Positions 19,822-29,834 of a DNA stretch of 64,000 bases are shown piece after piece. Position 1 is the stretch's first letter. Each line of letters begins with the position of its first letter. The position numbers were made by a program, and so were the translations under genes. The stretch is from assembly GCA_977020255.1 (NCBI GenBank), contig CDROCS010001760.1, positions 62,001-126,000 on the forward strand. The letters are read 5' to 3'. The notes under the pieces are model-generated. The model made no database searches. It was not told the DNA's origin and saw only the letters and a program-made list of their open reading frames with translations. The stretch comes from Obrimoposthia wandeli (lineage: Eukaryota).

Positions 19822-20378
19822 GCAAATACACTCAGTTACTGGCACTTTTTTGCTTAACCTTTTCGCTTTCAAGTTGCACGGCAAAACTTGAAGACTACCA
19901 ATCCAGTTCTCCAAAACTCGACATTCAGCAATACTTTACGGGAAAGTCTATCGCTTGGGGCATGGTGCAAGATTATACCGACAATGTTACGCGCCGTTTT
20001 TGTGTTGAACTTGATGGCCAGTGGCAAGGAAATGAAGGGCTGTTAAAAGAAGTTTTCTACTTTGCTGATGGCGAAGTCACTTTTCGTAATTGGCAACTGA
20101 CTAAGTTAAATCAAGGTAAGTACCAAGGTCGTGCAGAAGATGTTATTGGTCAAGCCAGCGGCCAACAAGTAGGTTTTGCTTTTCAATGGCAATACGACTT
20201 ACTGGTGCCTATTGATGGTGAACAAGTACAGCTTTCACTTGATGATTGGATGTATCAAATTGATCAATACCGTGTTTTTAATAAAACAAAAATGAAAAAA
20301 TTTGGTATTACAGTGGCAGAAATTACTTTGTTTTTTGATAAACAAGCGCCGGTTAAAAACTGTCAGAAAGCGGTTTAA
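19818..20378 (+). CDS. DUF3833-like lipoprotein
   Basis: Lipobox LSSC; YFTGKSIAWG, DDWMY, KFGITV. Confidence 0.8.
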   Translation: MSKYTQLLALFCLTFSLSSCTAKLEDYQSSSPKLDIQQYFTGKSIAWGMVQDYTDNVTRRFCVELDGQWQGNEGLLKEVFYFADGEVTFRNWQLTKLNQGKYQGRAEDVIGQASGQQVGFAFQWQYDLLVPIDGEQVQLSLDDWMYQIDQYRVFNKTKMKKFGITVAEITLFFDKQAPVKNCQKAV

Positions 20379-20551
20379 TTTACTCTTGTAATGGATTGTT
20401 ATTACTTATTTTATATATTTTAGTTAATGGTTAAGTGCGACTTCAGCGCAACTTAACTAATGCCTAACGAACTTTTTATTCTTATTTTTTGCTTTACCTC
20501 GTGTTTGCCTTTTGCCTCTTATTTTTCTTTAAAAATACAGAGGCTTTTTTT

Positions 20552-20578
20552 TGATCGTTTTCCTGCTTTGTAGCGTAT
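20552..20578 (+). promoter_or_regulatory. RpoE(ChrR-type) promoter
   Basis: TGATCG, 16 nt, CGTAT. Confidence 0.78.
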
Positions 20579-20614
20579 AACAGGTATCAGTTCATTATTT
20601 TATATTGTAGACAT

Positions 20615-21232
20615 ATGCCAGCAACTAACTTACCTATTTTTCCGCTATCAATATTTTTGTTACCTCAAGGGGTGACACGACTACGTATTTTCGAAGCACG
20701 CTATTTAAAAATGGTCTCGCTAGCGATGAAAAGTAATGGTTTTGTTATCTTACCTGCTATTAGCAATACTGGCGGCGAGAGCAATGACGCAGAAAAGAGT
20801 AATGAAAATGATAGGGCGATCGTCACCGGTAGCTGGGTAGAGATTATCAACTTCGATCAGGGTGAAGACGGCTTATTGCTTATTGATGTGCGATGTAAAT
20901 GTTTAGTTGATATTACGGATATGACTCAAGATAAAGACAAACTACATCATGGCGATGTGACGATTAAGGCGCATTGGCCTAATGCGAATGTAGATGAAAC
21001 AACTGATGAATTCGCTCTCTCACTTGAAAAGCTTTTTGCAGAAAATATAGAGCTTAGTAGCCTGTACCCAAATAAGTACCTTGAACAGGGAAGTTGGGTA
21101 GTCGCACGTTGGTTAGAGCTATTGCCAGTTAACCTTGATGAAAAGCTTTTGTTCACCGAGCAAGGTTCATTTAATGAAGCTAAGCAGTTTTTAGAAAGCA
21201 TTATCTCGCCTGAGAACGGCATACAGCGCTAA
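20615..21232 (+). CDS. Stand-alone LON substrate-binding (N-terminal) domain protein
   Basis: LPIFPL, LRIFEARYLKMV, WVVARWLELLP; no ATPase or protease domain. Confidence 0.85.
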   Translation: MPATNLPIFPLSIFLLPQGVTRLRIFEARYLKMVSLAMKSNGFVILPAISNTGGESNDAEKSNENDRAIVTGSWVEIINFDQGEDGLLLIDVRCKCLVDITDMTQDKDKLHHGDVTIKAHWPNANVDETTDEFALSLEKLFAENIELSSLYPNKYLEQGSWVVARWLELLPVNLDEKLLFTEQGSFNEAKQFLESIISPENGIQR

Positions 21233-21276
21233 GTTAAGTTAGGTTAGGTTATAAAATTTAATTAATTAAATAAAAG

Positions 21277-21303
21277 TGATCCCTTAATATCACTGCTGCG
21301 TAT
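21277..21303 (+). promoter_or_regulatory. RpoE autoregulatory promoter
   Basis: TGATCC, 16 nt, CGTAT; matches the RpoE-ChrR consensus (TGATCC/CGTA). Confidence 0.85.
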
Positions 21304-21336
21304 AACCCAGTATCAGTAAAATAATGGGTCAATATT

Positions 21337-21963
21337 ATGCAGTCTGTGCATTCAGAGTTGCCAAGTCGTCAAACAGATGCTAAATCTATCAATATGACTA
21401 CTAAAATCGATCATCCTCAACTTTGTCAGTGGCTTAAAGAAATAGCTATTGATAGAGACAAACAAGCATTTACTGCGGTGTTTAAGTTTTTTGCACCTAA
21501 AATACAGCGTATTGCGCAAGGTAAAATCAATAGTGAAGCACTTGCCAGTGAAATAGTACAAGACACCATGAGCAATGTTTGGCGTAAAGCACATTTGTTC
21601 GATGACAGCAAAGGCGCTGCCACAACATGGGTTTATACTATTATGCGTAATGTAACCTTTGATTTACTGCGTAAAATTAAAGCCAACAAAGAAGATAACC
21701 TCAGTGATGATATTTGGCCACTTGCTGAATCAGCAAACGTCGAAGAAGAAGCTTTTAGCGATCACATTGAAAGTAGAAATTTAAAAGAAGTTATTGAAAC
21801 ACTGCCTGAAAATCAGCAACAAGTGGTGAAAGGATTTTATTTCCTTGAAATGTCACAAGAGCAGCTTGCTGTTCATCTGAATTTACCCCTTGGCACTATA
21901 AAGTCGCGACTTCGCCTTGCTTTGGGCAAACTGAAGTTGAAACTAGGAGATCATCATGATTAA
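21337..21963 (+). CDS. rpoE: ECF sigma factor of the RpoE-ChrR type
   Basis: EIVQDTMSNVWRKA, TWVYTIMRN, LPLGTIKSRLRLA; overlaps chrR. Confidence 0.9.
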   Translation: MQSVHSELPSRQTDAKSINMTTKIDHPQLCQWLKEIAIDRDKQAFTAVFKFFAPKIQRIAQGKINSEALASEIVQDTMSNVWRKAHLFDDSKGAATTWVYTIMRNVTFDLLRKIKANKEDNLSDDIWPLAESANVEEEAFSDHIESRNLKEVIETLPENQQQVVKGFYFLEMSQEQLAVHLNLPLGTIKSRLRLALGKLKLKLGDHHD

Positions 21964-22666
21964 ACACCACCCTAAATTTGAGCTATTAAAAAGTTTTGTT
22001 GATGGTGAATTACCCGCTTCACTTGCTGCTGGTATCGCTATTCATGCTGATATGTGTCCTTTATGCCAAGAAAAAATAAGCCAATTAACTGAACATGTTG
22101 CAGAAGATAGTTTTGAGCACGACTTGCTCGATAATCTGGCCATTGATACAAGTAATAGTAAAGCCATTAATGAAGACAATAGCTCAGAAATTGCTGAATT
22201 AAGTTTTGATGAAATGATTGCACAGATCACAGCCTCAAATGATATTGAACCGGTGAAAGCAGCGCCCGATGACCGTGTAATTGCTTTCAAAGGTACAACT
22301 TATACTTTACCAAATGCTATACGTAATATGGCGTTAGGTAAAACAGCTCAAATAGGTAAACTTTCTCGTGCTCGCGTACAATTAAATGAAGGTGAAATTC
22401 ATACCAGTTTATTGCACATTGCCCCAGGCGGTTCTATTCCTGAACACACTCACAAAGGTTTTGAGCTAACATTATTATTAGCGGGTACCTTTGCTGATGA
22501 GCAGGGTGATTATGTGCCGGGTGATTTTATTATGCTTGATAGTCGTCATCAGCATCAGCCAGCCACAGAACATGGTTGTTTGTGCTATACCGTTGTTAAC
22601 GACGCATTACATTTTACGCAAGGCATAAACAAGCTGCTTAATCCTATTGGCACTTTTATTTACTAG
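21956..22666 (+). CDS. chrR: ChrR anti-sigma factor (ZAS + cupin)
   Basis: HADMCPLC (HxxxCxxC); cupin PEHTHKGFELTLLLAG...HQHQP. Confidence 0.92.
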   Translation: MIKHHPKFELLKSFVDGELPASLAAGIAIHADMCPLCQEKISQLTEHVAEDSFEHDLLDNLAIDTSNSKAINEDNSSEIAELSFDEMIAQITASNDIEPVKAAPDDRVIAFKGTTYTLPNAIRNMALGKTAQIGKLSRARVQLNEGEIHTSLLHIAPGGSIPEHTHKGFELTLLLAGTFADEQGDYVPGDFIMLDSRHQHQPATEHGCLCYTVVNDALHFTQGINKLLNPIGTFIY

Positions 22667-22677
22667 TCGAGGTTACT

Positions 22678-23637
22678 ATGTTCAAACAATTTTCCAAAGA
22701 AGATATTATTATCGGCACCAGTGCGTGCTTAATCGGTGAAAAGGTTAGATTTGATGCCAGTAATAAGCCCTCGACCTTTTGTATTAAAGAATTAGGTCAA
22801 CATGTTACCTTTAAACCATACTGCCCTGAAGTCGCGGTAGGTTTACCTATTCCTAGGCCGACAATTCGCTTGATTAAAGACGAAGACATGATCAAAGTAT
22901 CACGACCTGATGGCTCTGGTGATGTAACAAGTGCTATAAAAGCTTACGGTAAAAAAGTAGCCAGCATGTCGAAAAACCTGAGTGGTTATGTCTTTTGCGC
23001 TAAAAGCCCAAGCTGTGGTATGGAACGCGTAAAGGTTTATTCTCCTACAGGTGACCCGTTGCAAGCGAAGGGTATTGGTGTGTTTTCACGAGAAATTATG
23101 AAAGCTAACCCATTACTACCTTGTGAAGAAAATGGCCGCTTAAATGATCCTATTATTCGAGAGAATTTTGTTGCTCGAGTATTTACTTATCGCCATTGGC
23201 AAGCTTTGGTTGAATCAGGCTTGAGCAAACATAAATTAACTAGTTTTCATGCCCAGTATAAATATACCGTTATGAGTCATGATCTTGTGGCATATAAAGC
23301 ATTAGGTCGTTTATTAGCACGAGCAGATATGACCGTTGAAGTAATGGCTGAGCAATATATTGCTGGCTTAATGGCGGCATTAACGCTTAGAGCGACCCGT
23401 AAGAAACATGCCAATACCTTGTCACATATTCAAGGTTACTTTTCTAAGTACTTAAACAAAGAGCAACGCGAAGAATTGTCTGGGCAAATTAATGCGTATC
23501 GCACTGGTATAATGCCTTTAGTTGTGCCATTAACTTTAATTAAACACTATTTGTTAGCGTATCCTAAGCCTTATTTAGCGCAACAAGCTTATTTAAATCC
23601 TTATCCTGAATCGTTAAAACTAAGATATGGTTATTAA
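22678..23637 (+). CDS. ybgA: DUF523/DUF1722 (YbgA-like) protein
   Basis: SACLIG, CPEV, KSPSCG, EENGRLND, YLNPYP. Confidence 0.88.
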   Translation: MFKQFSKEDIIIGTSACLIGEKVRFDASNKPSTFCIKELGQHVTFKPYCPEVAVGLPIPRPTIRLIKDEDMIKVSRPDGSGDVTSAIKAYGKKVASMSKNLSGYVFCAKSPSCGMERVKVYSPTGDPLQAKGIGVFSREIMKANPLLPCEENGRLNDPIIRENFVARVFTYRHWQALVESGLSKHKLTSFHAQYKYTVMSHDLVAYKALGRLLARADMTVEVMAEQYIAGLMAALTLRATRKKHANTLSHIQGYFSKYLNKEQREELSGQINAYRTGIMPLVVPLTLIKHYLLAYPKPYLAQQAYLNPYPESLKLRYGY

Positions 23638-23665
23638 GCGTCAGTACACATTTAATTATTAAGGA

Positions 23666-25066
23666 ATGTCCTTGTTACTTTGGTTTCGCAACGATATTAG
23701 AATTCACGATAATCCCGCCTTACACTATTTTCTTGAGCAGAGAACAAGCTTAGAAGCTGATAAGGCGATTTTTTTTGTCAGTGAAAAACAATGGCAAGAA
23801 CATGATTGGTCCGCGATAAAAATTGATCTGATTAAGCGTCATGTTAATGCCCTCGCTGAGCAATTATTGTCATTGAATCTTACCCTAGAAGTTGTTCATT
23901 GCGACGACTTTTCTGCCCAAACTCAATACCTAAAACAATACTGCGATGAGCATAACGTCAGTACAGTTTTTGCCAATCAAGAAATTGAATTCAATGAGGT
24001 GCAACGTGATAAAGCTTGTCTAGAACAAGGCGTTCCACTGCGTATGTTTGAAAGTGATGTTATTGTTGAGAAAGGTAAAGTTTTAAATAAAACTGGTGAA
24101 ATGTATAAGGTTTTTACGCCTTATAAACGTGCTTGGTTAGCTTTGGTACGAGCGCAAAGTTTCACTTATTTAGGTAAGCCTAGCCCGTCGGTAGATGCAG
24201 AGCAATTACAGGAAAAGCTCGCCTTACTTACGCCTTTACCTTGTTCAGGAGAGTCAGACTTATGGCCTTTAGCTGAGCAGGTAGAGCAGCAAGTTATTCC
24301 TGATTTTTATCGATATAAAGTTGCAGGTTACGGCGAAAAACGCGACTTTCCTGCAATTAAGGCTACGTCGGGTTTATCGCCATATTTAGCCATTGGTGCG
24401 ATCAGTCCTCGCTATTTATTGCTGTTATTTATCCAGCGCTTTCCTGATATTCTAACGGCCTCTGACAGTCCTGAATTTACTTGGCTAAATGAGCTCATTT
24501 GGCGTGAATTTTACCGTAATTTAATTTTTCATCAGCAAGGATTATGTAAGCATCAGTGCTTTAACGCTAAATATAGCGCCGTTATTTGGCCTAATAACCC
24601 TGCATTATTTAGTGCTTGGTGTGAAGGTAAAACAGGCTATCCGCTCGTTGATGCCGCTATGAGGCAACTAAACCAAACGGGTTGGATGCATAACCGCCTA
24701 CGTATGGTAGTTGCTAGTTTTCTGACTAAACATTTATTGATTGATTGGCGCTGGGGCGAAAAATATTTTATGCAAAAGCTGATTGATGGCGACCTGGCAG
24801 CGAATAATGGTGGTTGGCAATGGGCGGCAAGTACGGGGTGTGATGCACAACCTTATTTTCGCGTATTTAATCCGATACGCCAAAGCGAAAGATTTGATCC
24901 TAAAGGTGAATTCGTTCGTAAGTACATACCAGAGCTGGCGAAATTACCTGATAAAGAAATTCATTTTCCGCATCAATACCTCGCCAAAGAAAAATTAACG
25001 CTTTATTGGCCAGCGATTGTTGACCATAAGCAAGCTAGATTAGCCGCTCTTGAGTTTTATAGATAA
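23666..25066 (+). CDS. phrB: Deoxyribodipyrimidine photolyase (class I)
   Basis: WFRNDIRIHDNPAL, TSGLSPYL, ELIWREF, WMHNRLRM, DGDLAANNGGWQW. Confidence 0.93.
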   Translation: MSLLLWFRNDIRIHDNPALHYFLEQRTSLEADKAIFFVSEKQWQEHDWSAIKIDLIKRHVNALAEQLLSLNLTLEVVHCDDFSAQTQYLKQYCDEHNVSTVFANQEIEFNEVQRDKACLEQGVPLRMFESDVIVEKGKVLNKTGEMYKVFTPYKRAWLALVRAQSFTYLGKPSPSVDAEQLQEKLALLTPLPCSGESDLWPLAEQVEQQVIPDFYRYKVAGYGEKRDFPAIKATSGLSPYLAIGAISPRYLLLLFIQRFPDILTASDSPEFTWLNELIWREFYRNLIFHQQGLCKHQCFNAKYSAVIWPNNPALFSAWCEGKTGYPLVDAAMRQLNQTGWMHNRLRMVVASFLTKHLLIDWRWGEKYFMQKLIDGDLAANNGGWQWAASTGCDAQPYFRVFNPIRQSERFDPKGEFVRKYIPELAKLPDKEIHFPHQYLAKEKLTLYWPAIVDHKQARLAALEFYR

Positions 25067-25132
25067 CAGTAATGGATATCATGCTTGTTGAAATAAGTTC
25101 AAGAATAAAGGCGTAAGCAAGGAATAGTCTTT

Positions 25133-25612
25133 ATGTCAGATGAAAAATTTCAGCAAGCGAATGAATTGAATATTCAAACCCCGCATGCACCTTGGTTGGT
25201 TAAGTTTATCGATATCTATCAGCGCTTATCGGTTGATAATTTGCACTTGTTAGCCGAGCTTTATCATCAAGATATTATCTTTATTGATCCCATGCATCAA
25301 TTGAACGGCTTTGAGCAATTAGCCCGTTACTTTGATGGACTGTATCAAAAACTCAGCTATTGTAAATTCACTATTGATCAGGTGATAGCAGAAGAGAATG
25401 AAGCAGCTATTTATTGGCAGATGAGCTATCAGCATCCGCGATTAAATGGCGGTGAAGTCGTTCATGTCCAAGGCAGTTCTCATTTGAAAGGTTGCGATGA
25501 TAAAGTTATTTTTCATCGTGATTATATCGATTTAGGCGCCATGCTTTATGAACAAGTCCCTTTATTAGGGCGAATAATTCGTTTTCTAAAGCGCAGGGCG
25601 AGAAACTCATGA
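25133..25612 (+). CDS. SnoaL/NTF2-like protein
   Basis: FIDPMH, HRDYIDLG, YEQVPLLG. Confidence 0.85.
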   Translation: MSDEKFQQANELNIQTPHAPWLVKFIDIYQRLSVDNLHLLAELYHQDIIFIDPMHQLNGFEQLARYFDGLYQKLSYCKFTIDQVIAEENEAAIYWQMSYQHPRLNGGEVVHVQGSSHLKGCDDKVIFHRDYIDLGAMLYEQVPLLGRIIRFLKRRARNS

Positions 25613-26352
25613 ATGCCAAACGTACTATTCTTATTACCGGAGCAACCTCTGGCATTGGTGAATCTTTATTACATCATTACATAGCGAATGACTATCAAGT
25701 TATTGCCTGTGGCCGTAATAAAGAAAAGCTCAAGCAATTAGCTGATAATAACGCCGATGTTATTCCTCTTGCCTTTGACATAACTGATAGCACACAAATT
25801 GAAGCGGCTGCCGCTCAGCTCAAGCAAATACCACGCATTGATATTTTAATGTTTAACGCCGGTGATTGTCGTTATATCGATAATGCCAAGGCTTTTGATG
25901 GCGAGTTATTTGCTAGTGTTATCGCAACAAACCTGCAATCTTTAGGTTATTTACTTGCCTGCTTTTTACCAAAAGTTGGTGCTGGAGGGCAAGTTGTCTT
26001 TATCAGCTCTAGTGCGACATTATTGCCGTTTCCTCGAGCCGAAGCTTATGGGGCATCTAAAGCGGGTATTGATTATCTAGCCAATAGCTTACGCTTAGAT
26101 TTAAAAAAAGAAGATATAGCCGTTACTTTAGTGCATCCAGGTTTTATCAAAACGCCATTAACGGACAAAAATGATTTTTCAATGCCATTTTTGCTTTCTA
26201 GCCAACAAGCGGCTAGTCGAATTTATCAAGGCGTTAGCGCCAAAAAATCTTATCTACATTTTCCGAAAAGATTAACTTTGTTAATGAAAATGCTCGCGCT
26301 ATTTCCTGACGTTGTTTGGCAAAGTATTGCCTTAAAGAGTGAGAAAAAATGA
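25609..26352 (+). CDS. SDR oxidoreductase
   Basis: ITGATSGIG, YGASK, PGFIKTPLT. Confidence 0.9.
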   Translation: MNAKRTILITGATSGIGESLLHHYIANDYQVIACGRNKEKLKQLADNNADVIPLAFDITDSTQIEAAAAQLKQIPRIDILMFNAGDCRYIDNAKAFDGELFASVIATNLQSLGYLLACFLPKVGAGGQVVFISSSATLLPFPRAEAYGASKAGIDYLANSLRLDLKKEDIAVTLVHPGFIKTPLTDKNDFSMPFLLSSQQAASRIYQGVSAKKSYLHFPKRLTLLMKMLALFPDVVWQSIALKSEKK

Positions 26353-27620
26353 AACGTATCGCTATTATTGGTTCGGGTGTGTCGGGTTTAACTGCCGCCT
26401 ACTTATTATCTAAAAAACATCAAGTCAGTGTTTTTGAAAAGGCCGCGGCTATCGGCGGGCATACCGCTACGGTAGATGTCGAAGTTGATAACACATGGTA
26501 TGCCATCGACACGGGTTTTATTGTTTTTAATAATAAAACCTATCCCAATTATTTAGCCTTATTAGATGAAATAGGTGTCGGTAAGCAAGAAACACAAATG
26601 AGCTTCTCGGTACATAATACGGATACAGGAATGGAGTATAACGGCCATAACCTTGATACCTTATTTGCCCAGCGTCGTAATATAGTGAAGCCAAAGTTTT
26701 GGTTGCTGGTAAAAGAAATCCTCCGTTTCAATAAGCTTTGTAAGCTAAGTTATCACGCCAAAGACTATAGCGAATCGCTAACTTTAGGTGTGTTCTTACA
26801 AGAGAATAAATTTAGTGACTATTTTGCTGAACATTATATTTTGCCGATGGGCGCTGCGATTTGGTCTAGTTCTTTAGAGCAAATGGAGCAGTTTCAATTT
26901 CAGTTTTTTGTTAATTTTTTCCATCACCATGGCTTACTTAATATTGCCGACCGTCCTCAGTGGTATGTTGTACCAAAAGGTTCGAGAAGTTACCTAGCAC
27001 CATTGTCTCAGCCGTTTGCCGACAATATTCATCTTAATGCTGATATTAGTGCGGTAACACGAGAAAATAATCAAGTTCAGCTGCACTTTGCTACAGGTGA
27101 AATACAAACCTTTGATGAAGTGGTATTGGCTTGTCATTCTGATCAAGCGCTGGCTTTACTTGGTGATGCGAGCGAGCAAGAACAAAATATATTGGGTGCG
27201 ATACCTTATAGCGAAAATTCGGTAGTACTACATACTGATGTGCGTTTGTTACCGAAAAGAAAAAAAGCGTGGGCCAGTTGGAACTATCAATTAAGTTCGA
27301 ACAGAACTAAGCCCGCCAGCGTCACTTATAATATGAATATTCTGCAAGGTTTGAATAGTGAACATACTTTTTGTGTCACGTTGAACCAGCGTGAAGATAT
27401 TGATGAAAGTAAAATTTTGCGTGAGTTTACTTACCATCATCCGGTTTTTTCAACCAGTACGATCAACGCTCAGCGTCGACGCTTAGAAATCTGCGGTAAG
27501 CAAAATACTCACTATGCAGGCGCTTATTGGTATAGTGGTTTTCATGAAGACGGTGTGCGCAGTGCCGTTGAAGTCGCACAGCGCTTTGACTGTTATTTAG
27601 ATAGGCAGCAATTGAAATAA
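26349..27620 (+). CDS. FAD-dependent oxidoreductase (UfaD-like desaturase candidate)
   Basis: IAIIGSGVSG, GGHTAT, DTGFIVFN, YTHPVF-like TYHHPVF, GFHEDG. Confidence 0.85.
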   Translation: MKRIAIIGSGVSGLTAAYLLSKKHQVSVFEKAAAIGGHTATVDVEVDNTWYAIDTGFIVFNNKTYPNYLALLDEIGVGKQETQMSFSVHNTDTGMEYNGHNLDTLFAQRRNIVKPKFWLLVKEILRFNKLCKLSYHAKDYSESLTLGVFLQENKFSDYFAEHYILPMGAAIWSSSLEQMEQFQFQFFVNFFHHHGLLNIADRPQWYVVPKGSRSYLAPLSQPFADNIHLNADISAVTRENNQVQLHFATGEIQTFDEVVLACHSDQALALLGDASEQEQNILGAIPYSENSVVLHTDVRLLPKRKKAWASWNYQLSSNRTKPASVTYNMNILQGLNSEHTFCVTLNQREDIDESKILREFTYHHPVFSTSTINAQRRRLEICGKQNTHYAGAYWYSGFHEDGVRSAVEVAQRFDCYLDRQQLK

Positions 27621-27621
27621 C

Positions 27622-28449
27622 ATGATGATTGAGCATTCACAACATAGTCATATTTATCACGGCGAAATAAGTCATCGACGATTTTCGCCGAAAGCTCATC
27701 GCTTTAATTATCGCTTGTATATGTTGGCGCTTGATGTTGATGAAATGCAGGCACAGAAAAGACCCCGTGGCATTTTTGGCTTTTCATGGTTTAACTTGCT
27801 GAGATTTGTTGAAAATGATTACCTTAAAGGTGAACCTGGAAGTCTAAAGCAACGTATAAAGAATAAAGTAGCGACATTATCGGCTAGTGAGAATATAAGT
27901 TCTAGCGATGCAGATATAAGCCGTATCACCATGCTAGTGCAGGTTAGATGTTTAGGACTTTATTTTAGTCCCGCAAATTTCTATTTTTGCTATGACGCTA
28001 ATGATGACTGTAAACAAGTCTTGGTGGAAGTGAGTAATACGCCTTGGAACGAACGACATTATTATTTAGTGCCGCTAGATAATAATGAAGGTCATGAGAC
28101 GCCACATACAACCGATAAAGACTTTCATGTTTCGCCTTTTATGGATTTAAACATGCGTTACCAATGGCGTATTAAACCGCCAATGGTTAGTAGTTCAACA
28201 TTGTTAGTGCATATAGAAAATCATCGAAAAAATTCTGATGATGGCAATAAAGATAGCACTGAGCGAAAAGTATTTGATGCCACGATGAGGCTAAAAAAAT
28301 CACCTTTCACTCGAGCTTCATTATGGCGACTCTGGTGCAACTTACCGATAATGACATTACAAATTGTACTCGGCATATATTGGCAAGCGCTTAAGCTTTT
28401 CGTTAAACGTATACCCTTTATTGGTTACCAGAAAGGTAAATCAACATAA
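27622..28449 (+). CDS. DUF1365 family protein (UfaO-like candidate)
   Basis: HRRFSP, FSPANFYFC, EVSNTPWNERH, FHVSPF. Confidence 0.88.
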   Translation: MMIEHSQHSHIYHGEISHRRFSPKAHRFNYRLYMLALDVDEMQAQKRPRGIFGFSWFNLLRFVENDYLKGEPGSLKQRIKNKVATLSASENISSSDADISRITMLVQVRCLGLYFSPANFYFCYDANDDCKQVLVEVSNTPWNERHYYLVPLDNNEGHETPHTTDKDFHVSPFMDLNMRYQWRIKPPMVSSSTLLVHIENHRKNSDDGNKDSTERKVFDATMRLKKSPFTRASLWRLWCNLPIMTLQIVLGIYWQALKLFVKRIPFIGYQKGKST

Positions 28450-28481
28450 CCTAAGTCAATAGAACCTAAATCAGGAGTTTA

Positions 28482-29714
28482 GTGGTGGAACAAGTTTCAG
28501 GATTAAAAATAAGAAAACAAGCCAACTGGCTAGATAAACGTTGTCGTGGCCTAGTTTTTTCAGTTTTAGCAAAACTTGAGTATGGGCAAATTGAATTGGT
28601 TGATAATGGCGAACGCTTTCTCTTTCCCGAGTTTGTCGAAAACAATTCCTTGCTCGGTCGTATTAATATACATGATGCAAGCGTCTACCGTGACTTTGTT
28701 AAAGGTGGCAGTATCGGCGCAGCAGAAGCTTTTATTGCCGGTAAATGGAGTAGTCCTGATCTTACGATTGTTATTCGTATTTTTGCCCGTGCTCAGCAGC
28801 AAACTGATGCGCTTGAACAGAAAAAACCTTGGTTAACTAAGCTTAAATACGCCGTGTTACACAGCCGTAATCGTAACAGCCAAGCTGGTTCTAAAAAGAA
28901 CATTCTGGCGCATTATGATCTAGGTAATGAGCTTTACAGTCGTTTTCTTGATCCTGAAATGATGTATTCATCGGCTATCTATCCTGATCAGCAAGCGAGC
29001 TTAGCACAAGCACAGTTACATAAAATGTCGACCATTTGTGAAAGTTTAGACTTAACTGCAGACGACCATTTACTGGAAATAGGTACAGGTTGGGGTGGCT
29101 TAGCCATTTATGCGGCGCAGCAATATGGTTGTAAGGTTACTACAACCACCATTTCTGACGCCCAGCATGCCTACGCTAAAAATCGTATTGAGCAGTTAGG
29201 CTTAACAGATAAAATAACACTCTTAAAGAAAGACTACCGAGAACTCACCGGCGAGTACGACAAGTTAGTGTCAATCGAAATGATTGAAGCGGTTGGTTTT
29301 GAATACCTACCAAGCTTTTTTAAACAGTGTAATGCAAGGTTAAAACCGGGTGGCAAGTTACTGATCCAGTCAATTACTATTGCCGATCAGCGTTTTGAGC
29401 ATTACAAACGCAATGTTGATTTTATTCAACGTTACATTTTCCCAGGCGGTTTTTTACCTTCAGTGACGGTGCTGACTAAGCACTTGACTGAATATACCGA
29501 TTTAATCACTGAGTCAGTGAGTGATATCGGCTTAGATTATGCTAAAACATTGGCACACTGGCGTGAAGCTTTTTTAACTTCTTGGCCTGAACTAACACCC
29601 TTAGGTTATGACGAGCAGTTTAAGCGCTTATGGCTTTATTACTTTGCTTATTGTGAAGGTGCTTTTATTGAGCGCTCAACCAGTACGGTACATTTAGTGG
29701 CGAGAAAATCGTAA
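28482..29714 (+). CDS. cfa: CFA-synthase family fatty-acid methyltransferase (UfaM-like candidate)
   Basis: NILAHYDLGNE, MYSSA, LEIGTGWG, SIEMIEAVG, YIFPGG, YCEGAF. Confidence 0.9.
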   Translation: MVEQVSGLKIRKQANWLDKRCRGLVFSVLAKLEYGQIELVDNGERFLFPEFVENNSLLGRINIHDASVYRDFVKGGSIGAAEAFIAGKWSSPDLTIVIRIFARAQQQTDALEQKKPWLTKLKYAVLHSRNRNSQAGSKKNILAHYDLGNELYSRFLDPEMMYSSAIYPDQQASLAQAQLHKMSTICESLDLTADDHLLEIGTGWGGLAIYAAQQYGCKVTTTTISDAQHAYAKNRIEQLGLTDKITLLKKDYRELTGEYDKLVSIEMIEAVGFEYLPSFFKQCNARLKPGGKLLIQSITIADQRFEHYKRNVDFIQRYIFPGGFLPSVTVLTKHLTEYTDLITESVSDIGLDYAKTLAHWREAFLTSWPELTPLGYDEQFKRLWLYYFAYCEGAFIERSTSTVHLVARKS

Positions 29715-29834
29715 CAATAAATGATTAGCGGTTATTGATGAGCACTATCAATTGAAACTTTTCGTTAAAACTAACGATTAAAGATAAATTAGCAAGCCGA
29801 ACTTAGGTTGATGAAGCTAAATTCGGCTTAAACA

